In this document: positions 1-9,950 of the stretch, in pieces | Numbering within the stretch: position 1 is the stretch's first letter | Layout of the letters: every line of letters begins with the position of its first letter | From: a virus | Direction: 5' to 3' (one strand) | Length of the DNA: 40,745 nucleotides | Virus genome (UHGV): UHGV-0435673 | Program-made: the position numbers and the translations under genes | The notes under the pieces: generated by a model | Told to the model about the DNA's origin: nothing | The model's database searches: none | Seen by the model: only the letters and a program-made list of their open reading frames with translations

Positions 1-1795
1 GTCGCCGGAAGAGGAACAGGCGGCTGAAGATGCCACAGTCTACATCAATCAGGTCGTCTTTGGGCGTCGGATGTTTCAGATCATCCACAATGTGCTGGCG
101 GATGGACTCTATCAGCGTGTCGGCTGGTGCATCGCACACGCGCCGAAGAAAGAGAAACAGCAAGTCGATCAGTACACCGGGCTGACTGAGCAGGAAGCCA
201 TAGCGCTTATCTCTCAATCTGGAATTTCTAGACCGGAAGAGGTCGAGAGCGTCAGCTATCCCGATCCGCAGTTCGGAACACTCTTTGATCTGACACTTCG
301 GACGACGCGGGAAGAGCGGGAGATACGGATCGATCCCATTCCTTCGGAAAGGGTCATCATCTCCGAAGATGCCGCCGATGTGGAGTCTGCACGGTTCGTC
401 GCGCACTGGGAAATCAAGACGGCCTCTGATCTGAGAAAAGAGGGATACTCACAGGCTCTTATTGACGAACTGCCCACGGAATCCGGAGATGATGAAATGC
501 CGGAAACGCGGGTGACTCGGGAAGTTAATGCCAGCAGTACCGATGCCCCGGAAGGTACGGGTGCGCTCAAGCGCTTCAAGATCTGGGAGGCGTGGACTGA
601 ATGCGATCTGAACGGCGACGGAATCGCCGAAAAAGTCAAGGTTACGTACTGCGGGGATGACAACAATATTGTCGTGCTGGATTTCGAAGAGTGGCCGCTG
701 TACCGCGCTCCGCTCTTCAATGCCTGTTCCCTGCCTCTGCCTCATGCCGTTGTTGGGCTGTGCCTTGGCGATCTGGTCATGGATCTTCAGTCGCTCAAGA
801 CTGAGATGACGCGGCAGTATCTTGATGGCCTCGCTTTCTCGAATCAAGCTGAAATAGTCGTAAGGACAGGGGCAGCAGGTGGGGAGATCGACATGGAATC
901 CCTCTTGTCTCGCGGACCCGGGAACGTCATCCGCGCAAAAGGTGATGCTGAGATCACCCCGCTTCCTGTCGTCACGTCTTCAGGGGAAGCACTGCAAGGC
1001 ATTGAGCTTGCCGACGGCATGACTGAACGCAGGACGGGGATCAGTTCCCGTACGCAGTCAATCCAAGCTGATACGCTCCAAAACACAGCTACCGGGGCCT
1101 CGATCATGGATGAGGCCGTGAACCAGCGGCTTGAGCTTATCGCCCGCGTCTTTGCCGAGATGTTCTTTAAGCCTTTGGGACGGTACGTCCTGCACCTCGT
1201 CCACAAGTACCACAATAAGCCAGTGCAGATACGGCTTAAAGGCCGCTTCATGGACTTTGATCCGCGCCGATGGGACCCCGATATGGATATCTCAGTAGCC
1301 GTTGGCCTTGGGACAGGGAACCGCCAGCGGCTCGTGGCGACGTACCAGGGCATTCTTGGCATACAACAGCAGATGATCACACAGCTTGGCAAGAATAGCC
1401 CGGTACGGCTCACAAACCTGATCTACACCTGCCATAAGATGGCTGAGGCTGCTGGTCTTGAGGCTCCTGAGCGTTTCTTCGGGACAGAGGAACAGGCTGC
1501 ACAAGCGGAACAGGCGATCATGAACGCTCCGGAACAACCTTCACCTGATATTCAGAAACTCCAGCTTGAGCAACAGAAGGCGCAGGCGAAACAACAGCTT
1601 GATGTCCAGAAAGCTCAAACGGAAGCGCAGCGGAAGGCCTATGAAACTCAGGCAAAAACCGCTCTGGAACGGCAGAAAGTGGAAGGTCAGCTTGCGTTGA
1701 AGGCGATGGAGCTTCAAGGCGAAAAGGAACTTGATGCCACACGGCTCATGATGGGCGAACGCGGGCCGGAACTGACAAACCTGCGGGGGGTGTGA
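1..1795 (+). CDS. Portal protein, C-terminal 598 codons. The ORF is open at the window start and continues from 40474..40745 if the contig is circular.
   Basis: No in-frame stop from nt 2. It follows terL at the other window end. Q/K/A-rich coiled C-terminus resembles P22-type portal barrels. Scaffold and capsid genes follow. Confidence 0.6.
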   Translation, partial: SPEEEQAAEDATVYINQVVFGRRMFQIIHNVLADGLYQRVGWCIAHAPKKEKQQVDQYTGLTEQEAIALISQSGISRPEEVESVSYPDPQFGTLFDLTLRTTREEREIRIDPIPSERVIISEDAADVESARFVAHWEIKTASDLRKEGYSQALIDELPTESGDDEMPETRVTREVNASSTDAPEGTGALKRFKIWEAWTECDLNGDGIAEKVKVTYCGDDNNIVVLDFEEWPLYRAPLFNACSLPLPHAVVGLCLGDLVMDLQSLKTEMTRQYLDGLAFSNQAEIVVRTGAAGGEIDMESLLSRGPGNVIRAKGDAEITPLPVVTSSGEALQGIELADGMTERRTGISSRTQSIQADTLQNTATGASIMDEAVNQRLELIARVFAEMFFKPLGRYVLHLVHKYHNKPVQIRLKGRFMDFDPRRWDPDMDISVAVGLGTGNRQRLVATYQGILGIQQQMITQLGKNSPVRLTNLIYTCHKMAEAAGLEAPERFFGTEEQAAQAEQAIMNAPEQPSPDIQKLQLEQQKAQAKQQLDVQKAQTEAQRKAYETQAKTALERQKVEGQLALKAMELQGEKELDATRLMMGERGPELTNLRGV

Positions 1796-2061
1796 TGGAC
1801 GAACAGGAACAGCGGGCGCACGAGGCGAAACGCATACTCGAATCTTCTCTTTTCTCCGAACTGTTTGAAACTATTGATGAGAGGATCGTCAAAGGCTGGC
1901 GGGCGGCGGCTGATGAAGCGGAGCGCACAAGGCTATGGCTGAAACAACAGTGTCTTGCTGAAGTGCGGCGGGAATTATTTTCGGAAATGGAAGCGCAGGC
2001 ACTGAAAGAACAAAGCGACGGCCTTTTCCGGCGTACGCTTAAAGCTCTGAGAGGCATATGA
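1795..2061 (+). CDS. Hypothetical 88-aa protein between portal and scaffold
   Basis: ATG overlaps the portal stop (TGATG coupling). Same strand and frame economy as its neighbours. Confidence 0.4.
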   Translation: MDEQEQRAHEAKRILESSLFSELFETIDERIVKGWRAAADEAERTRLWLKQQCLAEVRRELFSEMEAQALKEQSDGLFRRTLKALRGI

Positions 2062-3035
2062 TGGAAGAACATGTGAACGATGGCGGAATGGAACTTCAAG
2101 AGCCAGAATCCTCATCTCTTGAAAGCGTCGACGAGATCGCCGCGCTTCTTGATGGGGATGACGTGGAAGAACAGCAGGAAGAGGGGGAAGGCACGGAAGA
2201 ACAGCCTTCTGAAGAGGACGGCACACGCTCGGAGGAAGAACCTGAAGAGCCCGAAGAGCAACCCGAACCGGAAGCGGAGGATGTCCCGGAAGGATGGGAC
2301 GGAGAAGTCTTTAAGGCGCTTCCTCCGGATGCCCGTAACTACGTAACGGAGCGCGAGCGTGCGTATGCTGAGGCTATTTCCTCCCGGACGGCTGAACGCG
2401 ATCGGGCTGTACAGGAAAAGACTCTGTATGAGCAGTCCGTATCCTCGGAACTCCAGACGGCTCTGCGTATTGTACACGATGTCGTAAACGGCGAGTTCGC
2501 CGGAGTAGACTGGTTGAAGCTCCAGCGCGAAGACCCGCAGACGTTCCTTGCTCTGGATGCTGAACGTAAAATGCGCATGGAAGGCATCCAACAACTGCAC
2601 CAGAACGTGATCAAGGCACAGCAACATGCACAGGAACAGGCGGCGCAGCGGAGTGCTGCGGAGCTCAGGACCGAGTTCGAAAAAGCCATTCCCGAAGTCA
2701 AAGCCATATACGGGGATGGGTTCGAGCCCAAAAAGTACCTGTCTGAAGTCACGGACTGGATGAGGGCTCAGGGCGTACCGGAAGGTGTCTTTGGACAGAT
2801 CACCAAGGGCTACGAACTCAAGGCGATCACCAAGGCCATGCTCTATGACAAGATGCAGGAAGCGAGGAAGGCCGCGGCAAAGAAGCTTGCCGAATCCCCG
2901 AAGGTTCAGCCTCCCAAGGGGCGCCCAGCAGGTGATAACGGAAGCGCGGATCGCGTGCGTACGGCGCGCGCTCTGCTCCACAAAAACCCCAACAGCACCG
3001 ACGCAATCGTCGCTATGCTTGAAGCCGAAGCCTAA
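2058..3035 (+). CDS. Scaffolding protein (putative)
   Basis: Strongly acidic E/D-rich N-terminus, helical K/E/Q-rich body, 325 aa. Sits between portal and capsid. ATGA overlap with the upstream gene. Confidence 0.5.
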   Translation: MMEEHVNDGGMELQEPESSSLESVDEIAALLDGDDVEEQQEEGEGTEEQPSEEDGTRSEEEPEEPEEQPEPEAEDVPEGWDGEVFKALPPDARNYVTERERAYAEAISSRTAERDRAVQEKTLYEQSVSSELQTALRIVHDVVNGEFAGVDWLKLQREDPQTFLALDAERKMRMEGIQQLHQNVIKAQQHAQEQAAQRSAAELRTEFEKAIPEVKAIYGDGFEPKKYLSEVTDWMRAQGVPEGVFGQITKGYELKAITKAMLYDKMQEARKAAAKKLAESPKVQPPKGRPAGDNGSADRVRTARALLHKNPNSTDAIVAMLEAEA

Positions 3036-3046
3036 AGGAGGGCACC

Positions 3047-4012
3047 ATGGCAAAAGTAAGCGGTCAGCTCAAGGACGCGAGCATCAACGGTAAGCCTCGC
3101 GACTTGATGAACATGATCTTCGACATCTCCCCTACGGACACCCCTTTTCTCACAGCGTGCGGCAAATCCAGCGCATCCCAAACGCTTCACGAATGGCAGA
3201 CGGACATCTTGAACGCCCCGGTAAAAAATGCACAGCTGGAAGGTGACGACGCCAAAAATTTCGAGGCAAGCAATACTACTGAGCTGACGAACAAAACGCA
3301 GATCCTCAGCAAAAACATCAGCGTCTCGGGCACGGCGCAGGCCGTAAAACAGGCAGGCGTGAGCAAGCAGTACAACTATCAGCTTGCCCAGCGCATGAAA
3401 GAAATCAAAAAGGATCTGGAGCTCGCTCTGTTGAGCAACCAGATCGAGGGAAACGACAACGGCACGAGCCAAGGTCGTACGATGCGCGGGCTGCCTTGCT
3501 GGATGACTGAAACCTCGAATATCAGTCTGGGTGCTTCCGGTGCTACTGCTACATCCAGCGCAGTCGCGACTGCTGGAACGGCGCGGGCCTTCACTGAAGA
3601 GCTGTTGAAGACCGTATTGACAGGTATCTACACCTCTGGCGGGAATCCTGATCGAATCATGGTTGCCCCTGATCTTCGCGTGAAAATGTCCGAAATTCTG
3701 AACGGTGGCGCCACGCGGATGGAAAACGTGGAGAAGAAAAAAGCCACGGCGGTTATCGACGTCTACGTTTCCGATTTCGACACGCTCAAAATTATTCCGA
3801 ACCGCGTACAGGCATATGAGCCCTATTCCAAAAAAGCGGCATTTATCCTTGACCCTGAATACTGGAAGGTGGCGTATCTGCGAGGGTTCAGCACCAAGGA
3901 ACTCGCTGTCACTGGCGACAGCAAGAAGGGCCAGATCATTGTTGAATGCACCCTTGAAGCGCGCAATCCTGCCTCTTCCGGTATGATTGCTGACCTTTCG
4001 GCCACGGCATGA
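3047..4012 (+). CDS. Major capsid protein (putative)
   Basis: Strong RBS AAGGAGG at 3033-3039. 321 aa. Canonical position after the scaffold gene. Confidence 0.55.
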   Translation: MAKVSGQLKDASINGKPRDLMNMIFDISPTDTPFLTACGKSSASQTLHEWQTDILNAPVKNAQLEGDDAKNFEASNTTELTNKTQILSKNISVSGTAQAVKQAGVSKQYNYQLAQRMKEIKKDLELALLSNQIEGNDNGTSQGRTMRGLPCWMTETSNISLGASGATATSSAVATAGTARAFTEELLKTVLTGIYTSGGNPDRIMVAPDLRVKMSEILNGGATRMENVEKKKATAVIDVYVSDFDTLKIIPNRVQAYEPYSKKAAFILDPEYWKVAYLRGFSTKELAVTGDSKKGQIIVECTLEARNPASSGMIADLSATA

Positions 4013-4046
4013 TGAGCGGCGGGGGAAACCCCGCTCAGGGGTAACT

Positions 4047-4223
4047 ATGGCAAGACAGAAGCATATCACGATCCGCATCACAACCGACCGTCAGCCTTGG
4101 TTTGACGGTTTCCCCCGTAACCGAGGGGAAGAACTCAAGATGCCGGAGAAAGAGGCCATGCCTTTCATAGAAAAAGGCTTTGCCGAAATTGTACGGGGTT
4201 CCGATGGCAGTGAATCTGACTGA
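4047..4223 (+). CDS. Small hypothetical head protein
   Basis: ORF in the structural operon. Start moved to the internal ATG (MARQKH...). Confidence 0.3.
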   Translation: MARQKHITIRITTDRQPWFDGFPRNRGEELKMPEKEAMPFIEKGFAEIVRGSDGSESD

Positions 4224-4536
4224 ACGGGTGGGGAATGGGGACGTCCTCGAATGGCGTAATGATGGTGTCGTCGACCGTTTTCATGGTGGACACATTATCA
4301 CGAGGGAACAAGAAGTCACGGACATTCTCGAATTGAACGCGGCGGAGAGGAATGGCGACAGGCTCCACGGGTTCCGCATCGCCCCCACGTTCCGCAAGGT
4401 TGCCAGCATCCCGGTAGCCGCCGTTGATATTGCTGCGGCACAGGGGCTTGATCTGCTCGGCGATCCTGAGGCTATGCGGCACTTCCTGAACGACCCCGAA
4501 AACCGGGCGTTTCGCACGACCTTGGAGAGGGTGTGA
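4180..4536 (+). CDS. Hypothetical structural-module protein
   Basis: 118-aa ORF overlaps both neighbours and is co-directional with the operon. Start uncertain. Confidence 0.3.
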   Translation: MPKLYGVPMAVNLTERVGNGDVLEWRNDGVVDRFHGGHIITREQEVTDILELNAAERNGDRLHGFRIAPTFRKVASIPVAAVDIAAAQGLDLLGDPEAMRHFLNDPENRAFRTTLERV

Positions 4537-5174
4537 TGGATCTGCGTTCCTATGACGGGCTGAAAGAAGCCGTGAGAGAGTATCTCGGGCGCGGAGATCT
4601 GGACGACAAGATCCCGCTGTTTATCCAGCTTGCTGAACTCAGGCTGAATCGTGAGGTTCGGATGCGCGTCATGGAACGCAGGGCCACAACTGAAGTGCAG
4701 GCCGGGCAAACGGCTGTCCCCCTCCCATGGAAGAGGAAAGCCGGGGATTGGGACGTGTTCATGGAAATGCGGGATCTTGTGTGGATGTCCAATCCCCCGG
4801 TCAACCTCACGTACATGCCGCCTGATTTGTACGCGGTCAAATCGGTGGTGCGCGGGCTTCCCCGACAGTACACGATCATCGGGCGGGACCTGTTCCTTGT
4901 TCCGGCTGCCGATGCTGACGGTAAGCTGATACTGACCTACTACGCTGAGATCCCGCCACTCTCTGCCGAACAGCCTGATAATGAAGTGTTGATTACCTGC
5001 CCCGATCTCTACTTGTACGCTGCCCTCGTTGAAGCAGGCCCGTATACGCGGGGTTCCGCTCCGGTCGAGATGTGGACGCAATACTATTCGGCGGCCAAAC
5101 AGAAGGTTGAGGAACAGGAACAGCGGGCGCGCTTCACGTCAAACGTCGCTATGGCGCCGATTCGGAGGATATGA
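4533..5174 (+). CDS. Hypothetical head-completion or adaptor-like protein
   Basis: 213 aa. ATGA-coupled to both neighbours. Assigned by position only. Confidence 0.35.
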   Translation: MMDLRSYDGLKEAVREYLGRGDLDDKIPLFIQLAELRLNREVRMRVMERRATTEVQAGQTAVPLPWKRKAGDWDVFMEMRDLVWMSNPPVNLTYMPPDLYAVKSVVRGLPRQYTIIGRDLFLVPAADADGKLILTYYAEIPPLSAEQPDNEVLITCPDLYLYAALVEAGPYTRGSAPVEMWTQYYSAAKQKVEEQEQRARFTSNVAMAPIRRI

Positions 5175-5539
5175 TGAGCCTGACGGACTACGGAGAAAAC
5201 TGGATGCTGAACGCCTTCAAGTCGGGCGGAACATACTATTTGGGGCTATTCACATCCATTCCGGGAGAAGCCGGTGGAGGAAATGAAGTTTCCGGCGGGG
5301 CGTACGCGCGGCAGGTTATAACGTTCGGCACGCCATCAGGTGGAAGCCTCAAAAGCGCATCGGCTATTGAGTTCCCCGTTGCTACGGCGTTGTGGGGAAC
5401 CATCGTTGCATGGGCGTTGTTCACTGCCGCAAGCGGGGGGAACATGATCTGGTATGGGGATATTACAAATCCGAAAGAAATATCCCCTAGTGATATTGTA
5501 CGATTTGAAGCCGGAAGCATTGCCTTAAACATAGACTGA
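5171..5539 (+). CDS. Conserved small virion protein (G/S-rich)
   Basis: 122 aa. Translationally coupled to the upstream gene. Confidence 0.35.
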   Translation: MMSLTDYGENWMLNAFKSGGTYYLGLFTSIPGEAGGGNEVSGGAYARQVITFGTPSGGSLKSASAIEFPVATALWGTIVAWALFTAASGGNMIWYGDITNPKEISPSDIVRFEAGSIALNID

Positions 5540-5546
5540 GTTCAAT

Positions 5547-6227
5547 ATGTCGTCATCGTTCTATGCCCTTTCGCCGCCTCCCCAAACGCTCGAATCTACT
5601 GGTGAATGGGGCGATATTGATTCCCTGCTGTGGTCGCTTGATGATCCACGCTGGCTGACAATCGGTGTGTATGGAATCCGGGGAACGGAAGCGGCAAGGA
5701 CGACACAGGGCGTGATGCTTTCCAAGCGCATACGCCTATTTTCCGGTGCGGCAACGGTAGCGACAAGCGGATTTGGTTTTATTTCCGCCACTGTTTTACC
5801 CAAAGGAGAAACAAGGGCTGTATCTTCAGAACATGCCTCACTTGTTCGCGGGCTCAGTCTTTCCGGGAAGGACTCCGCAGCATCTGATGATGGAGGAATA
5901 GTTTTCCGCATCCGACCCGTTTCCGGTTCAGCCTATGCTCAGGCTACGGAGACGGAGGGGCCGTGTAGAGTTCGACTTCTCACGGCTCCTGTTTATGCTG
6001 TTTCGAGTGAAAACAGTCTTCTGGTATTGCGAGAAAGATGTACTTCCGGAGAAATTACTGCACATACTTTCGAAACTGCAATCCCTTCGATCAAAGGGCA
6101 TAACTGGAACGAAGAGGCACAGATAACAGGAGACTGGAAAATTCTTCATGATGATACGGCGCGGGGGTGGAGCCCGATTTCTGGAACGCATCCTGCTAAC
6201 TGGCGGGGGATCGTACAATGGCCATAA
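5547..6227 (+). CDS. Hypothetical structural protein
   Basis: 226-aa ORF in the structural operon. Confidence 0.35.
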   Translation: MSSSFYALSPPPQTLESTGEWGDIDSLLWSLDDPRWLTIGVYGIRGTEAARTTQGVMLSKRIRLFSGAATVATSGFGFISATVLPKGETRAVSSEHASLVRGLSLSGKDSAASDDGGIVFRIRPVSGSAYAQATETEGPCRVRLLTAPVYAVSSENSLLVLRERCTSGEITAHTFETAIPSIKGHNWNEEAQITGDWKILHDDTARGWSPISGTHPANWRGIVQWP

Positions 6228-7681
6228 ACATGACAACGATCGAATTTGCCGCATGGGAGCCAGATCAGCCCGCGTACGGCGGACAACAGGCGCTCGACGC
6301 CCAGAACGTCATTCCGGGGAAGCGCGGCTACCGCTGTATGCCGGGGTTGGCGAAGATGGCGAAACCTGCGCTTTCTTCAAGCGTACTTGGCGCATTTAGC
6401 ATGAAAGATCTTTCGGGTGGGCTGATTACCGTGGCGAGTACTGAGCATGGGATTTTTTCGCTCGACGGCGCGGAATGGGCGCAAAAACACTCGGGGGCGG
6501 CATTGTCTTCAAACCGGGAGTTTGTGAGCTACGGGGACGTTATCTATGCGCTGTACGGGACGATTTTGCTGAAAGCGGAAGTTTCCGGGGCTGTGCAGGA
6601 TTTTTCTGCCGTCAAAGATGCTCCGGCTGCCGCTAGGCTCGGAATTATCAAGGATTTTCTTGTGCTCGGCAAACTGTCGGGTCAGGGAAACGCAATCCGG
6701 TGGTCAGGCATTGACGATCCCGATGCATGGCCTGCACCGGGGAGCAATGACGCTCAGTACAAGCAATCGGACATCCAAATTTTCCCGGTAGGCGGGAATG
6801 TACAGGCCATTGTAGGCGGCGTTGGCGGTGTAGACGGGTTGATTTTCATGGAAGAAGCTGTTCATCGGGCTACGTTTGTAGGCCCTCCCTATGTCTTCCA
6901 GTTCAATGTTGTGGACAGACGGAGAGGCGCACTCGCTTCCCATTCTCCTATCGTGTGCGAAACAACATGCATTTATCTGGCTTCTGATGGCTGGTACGCT
7001 ACAGACGGCGCAAGTGTGAGAGCCATAGGTGCAGAACGCATCGACCAGTGGTTTTTCGATACTTGCGATATGGACAGGGTTGAAGAAGTCCGCGGAGTAT
7101 GGGACGCGCAAAACCGCGTGGCATTCTGGTCTTTCCCGGACAACGGGTGCCCGCATAATATCCACAATAGGCTTCTCATCTACAACTATATCGTCGACAA
7201 ATGGTCATATGCGAAGCTGAACACGGAATTCCTTTTTGAAGACTATGCGCGTGGCATGACGCTTGAAGATCTTGACGTATACGGAAGCCTTGAAGATGTG
7301 CCGTTCTCTCTGGATTCTTCGGGGTTGAAGAACAGAAGCCTCGGCATATCAGCCTTTGACATGGAGCATACGCTGTCCAGCTTCTCTGGAGATGCCCTCG
7401 AAGCCGTCATTGATACGGCGGAAGTCGGCGGGCAAAGGGTGTTCATGCACGGCATACGCCCGCTTGTTGACCGGGGTGACGCCGAAGCCGCCCCGGTATG
7501 GCGCATTCTTCAAAGGGATATACCAAGCTTTGGAACATATAGCAGGCAGTCCAGAGATGGGGTCTGCTACCAACATCTTTCTGCAAACTATATTCGTGCG
7601 CGGGTCCGTATCCCTTCCGGAAAGCACTGGCTGTCTGCTGTTGGCTGTGAGGTCATGGCGGAACTTGAAGGGGGTATATGA
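6218..7681 (+). CDS. Putative tail hub or tail structural protein
   Basis: 487 aa, comparable in size and position to the P22 gp10-type tail gene. Overlaps its neighbours. Confidence 0.4.
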   Translation: MAINMTTIEFAAWEPDQPAYGGQQALDAQNVIPGKRGYRCMPGLAKMAKPALSSSVLGAFSMKDLSGGLITVASTEHGIFSLDGAEWAQKHSGAALSSNREFVSYGDVIYALYGTILLKAEVSGAVQDFSAVKDAPAAARLGIIKDFLVLGKLSGQGNAIRWSGIDDPDAWPAPGSNDAQYKQSDIQIFPVGGNVQAIVGGVGGVDGLIFMEEAVHRATFVGPPYVFQFNVVDRRRGALASHSPIVCETTCIYLASDGWYATDGASVRAIGAERIDQWFFDTCDMDRVEEVRGVWDAQNRVAFWSFPDNGCPHNIHNRLLIYNYIVDKWSYAKLNTEFLFEDYARGMTLEDLDVYGSLEDVPFSLDSSGLKNRSLGISAFDMEHTLSSFSGDALEAVIDTAEVGGQRVFMHGIRPLVDRGDAEAAPVWRILQRDIPSFGTYSRQSRDGVCYQHLSANYIRARVRIPSGKHWLSAVGCEVMAELEGGI

Positions 7682-8010
7682 TGGCATTTTGCACGGTTAC
7701 GGGAGAGTCAACGCCGCTCCATATCATTGAAATTGCACAGGCAGCAAACGAGGCCCTGCGCGGGGAAACGTACACAACTGGCGTAGTAGACGTAACGGAA
7801 GGAGAGACAGTGGTCACGGTTCGAGATGCCCGCTGTGGGGCGGGGAAGCTGGCGTCCCTTGTTCCTCTCGACGCCAAGGCTTCCGCCGTGTCGTGGTGGC
7901 TCTCATCCATGCTCAACGGTGAAATGACATTCACTTTTTCCTCCGCTCCGGGGGCTTGCCGTTTTGGGTGGGCGCTTCTCGGCGCGGGCGGGCAAATCAA
8001 ACAAGGATAA
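7678..8010 (+). CDS. Hypothetical structural protein
   Basis: 110 aa. ATGA-coupled to the upstream gene. Confidence 0.3.
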   Translation: MMAFCTVTGESTPLHIIEIAQAANEALRGETYTTGVVDVTEGETVVTVRDARCGAGKLASLVPLDAKASAVSWWLSSMLNGEMTFTFSSAPGACRFGWALLGAGGQIKQG

Positions 8011-8014
8011 ATCT

Positions 8015-8392
8015 ATGTATCAGCGCAGTATCGGACCTCAGTTTCAGTTTGGTTCTCCTATGGCTCAAGTATCACCTTCCCAAGGGGCAGGAGGGGCTAT
8101 CCCCAACGCTTCCCCTATGCCGATGCAGGACAATGGAGCCATGGATCCTACACAGATAGGCGGCTTGCTTGGGATGCTCAAGAACATGCAAGGGAATCCT
8201 GCCGGGCAGAGTGATTTCAGCTTTGATGCAAACAAGACCATATCCGCACTGCCCAATCTGGAGAACGGGGTTCAATTCGGCGGGATTCCTGCGGGGCAAT
8301 CTCCTAACAACCTTGGAGGAATGTCGTTTATGAACGGACCGCAGGGAAGCGGGATGGCGGACTATTTTAAAAACCTTCTTGGGGGCGCATGA
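8015..8392 (+). CDS. Low-complexity G/Q/P-rich virion protein
   Basis: Start moved to the internal ATG (MYQRSIG). Compositionally biased. Confidence 0.3.
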   Translation: MYQRSIGPQFQFGSPMAQVSPSQGAGGAIPNASPMPMQDNGAMDPTQIGGLLGMLKNMQGNPAGQSDFSFDANKTISALPNLENGVQFGGIPAGQSPNNLGGMSFMNGPQGSGMADYFKNLLGGA

Positions 8393-8943
8393 TGGGTGAA
8401 TTTTCCCGCGTCTACAAGACGGAGCTTTCCGATGTGCAATTAGGATCGGTCTGGGAACGGTTCGTAGAATGTGACCGCGATCAGCATATTTTCTATAATA
8501 AGCCACCAATGGACGGAAAAGATTTTGCCCGGTTCTGTCGGGACGAAGACGTGCACTTGTGGGTGATCCTGTTCCGGGATGAGATTGCGGGGATTTTCTG
8601 GCTTACTGGGCATGAAGGAAAGACGGCGTACTGCCATTTTGGCCAGCTTCCGACGAAAGCAAAACGCACTGCAGAAAAGATCCCCGTACAGCTTGGATTT
8701 GGGAGATATTGCCTTGGGACGGCGCTATGGGCGCATGACGGGCAGGACTTTTTACTTGATCGTCTTCTCGGGCTGACTCCACTTTGCAACCGTTCGGCGG
8801 TACGTTTTATCGACAGGCTTGGGGCTCAACCTGCTGGCATTATCCCAGGCGCGTGTTTTTTCAATGAATCCGGAAAAAATGAAGATGGAATAGCAACATA
8901 TTACACTCGCGAAACCGTACCTATGGAATGGTGCAAGGTATAG
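8389..8943 (+). CDS. Hypothetical 184-aa protein in the structural module
   Basis: ATGA overlap with the upstream gene. Globular, Cys/His/Trp-containing. Confidence 0.35.
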   Translation: MMGEFSRVYKTELSDVQLGSVWERFVECDRDQHIFYNKPPMDGKDFARFCRDEDVHLWVILFRDEIAGIFWLTGHEGKTAYCHFGQLPTKAKRTAEKIPVQLGFGRYCLGTALWAHDGQDFLLDRLLGLTPLCNRSAVRFIDRLGAQPAGIIPGACFFNESGKNEDGIATYYTRETVPMEWCKV

Positions 8944-8952
8944 GAGAAAGAT

Positions 8953-9942
8953 ATGGGCGGTGGAAAAGGTAGAAGTGGTGGTTCCACCACGACAGTGCAG
9001 AAGGCCGATCCTTGGGAAGGTCAGCAACCCTATTTAGTCGGCGGGATACATATAAATGGCGTTCCGATTGCTGGCACTTTTTATGAAGCAAACAAACTTT
9101 ATCAAAACGGTCAGCTTGCACCTGAATACTATCCGGGGCAGACGGTTGCCGATCAGTCGCCGTGGACGCAACAGGCGCTCCAGATGCAGGCGGACAGGGC
9201 ACAGAATGGATCAGGGGTTATCAACTCCGCGACGGATGCGATTCAAGGTATCATGGGCGGATCGGGTATCACGGGCAATCAGGGATTACAGACGCTTAAT
9301 CAGATGGCGTCTTCTTCCGACTCGAACCCATACCTTGATGCTATGTACAACAGGGCGAACAATCAGGCGCAAGCCTCTCTGAACGCCAATTTTAGCGGAG
9401 CGGGCAGGTATGGATCTGGAGCACATGAGGCCGCATCCGCAGATGCCGCAAATAACCTAGCGACACAGCTTTACGGCGGGGCCTATGAATCAGATCAGAA
9501 CCGTCGTCTTTCCGCAGCACAGGGAGCGGGGCAACTCTACAATCAGGGTATTGGACAACAGATTCTTGGGTCCAATGTTGCGCAACAGCTAGGGAACCAA
9601 GCCTATACTGACGCTTCGGCCTTGTCTCAGGCTGGCGGAATCATGGACGACTACAACCAGCAAAAGATCAATGCGGATATTGATCGGTACAATTACAACG
9701 CGCAGCGCCCATTGAGTGCATTGAGCGCTTACAACCAGCTGATTCAGGGGAACTACGGCGGCACCAGTACCAGCACCGGGAAGCAATCCGGGGGGAGCAA
9801 CACGCTGGGAAGTGTTCTTGGTAGTGGGCTAACTGGGTATGGTATTGGTGCCGGATTATCTGGTTTAGCTGGCACGGCTGCTTTGACAAGTCCATGGGCT
9901 TTGGGAGGAGCCGCTCTTGGCGGCCTCCTCGGTCTTTTGTGA
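8953..9942 (+). CDS. Q/N/G-rich putative internal virion or ejection protein
   Basis: RBS AGGAGA. Repetitive Q/A/N-rich body. C-terminal Gly-zipper hydrophobic segment (GLSGLAGTAALTSPWALGGAALGGLLGLL). Confidence 0.35.
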   Translation: MGGGKGRSGGSTTTVQKADPWEGQQPYLVGGIHINGVPIAGTFYEANKLYQNGQLAPEYYPGQTVADQSPWTQQALQMQADRAQNGSGVINSATDAIQGIMGGSGITGNQGLQTLNQMASSSDSNPYLDAMYNRANNQAQASLNANFSGAGRYGSGAHEAASADAANNLATQLYGGAYESDQNRRLSAAQGAGQLYNQGIGQQILGSNVAQQLGNQAYTDASALSQAGGIMDDYNQQKINADIDRYNYNAQRPLSALSAYNQLIQGNYGGTSTSTGKQSGGSNTLGSVLGSGLTGYGIGAGLSGLAGTAALTSPWALGGAALGGLLGLL

Positions 9943-9950
9943 GGTGACGT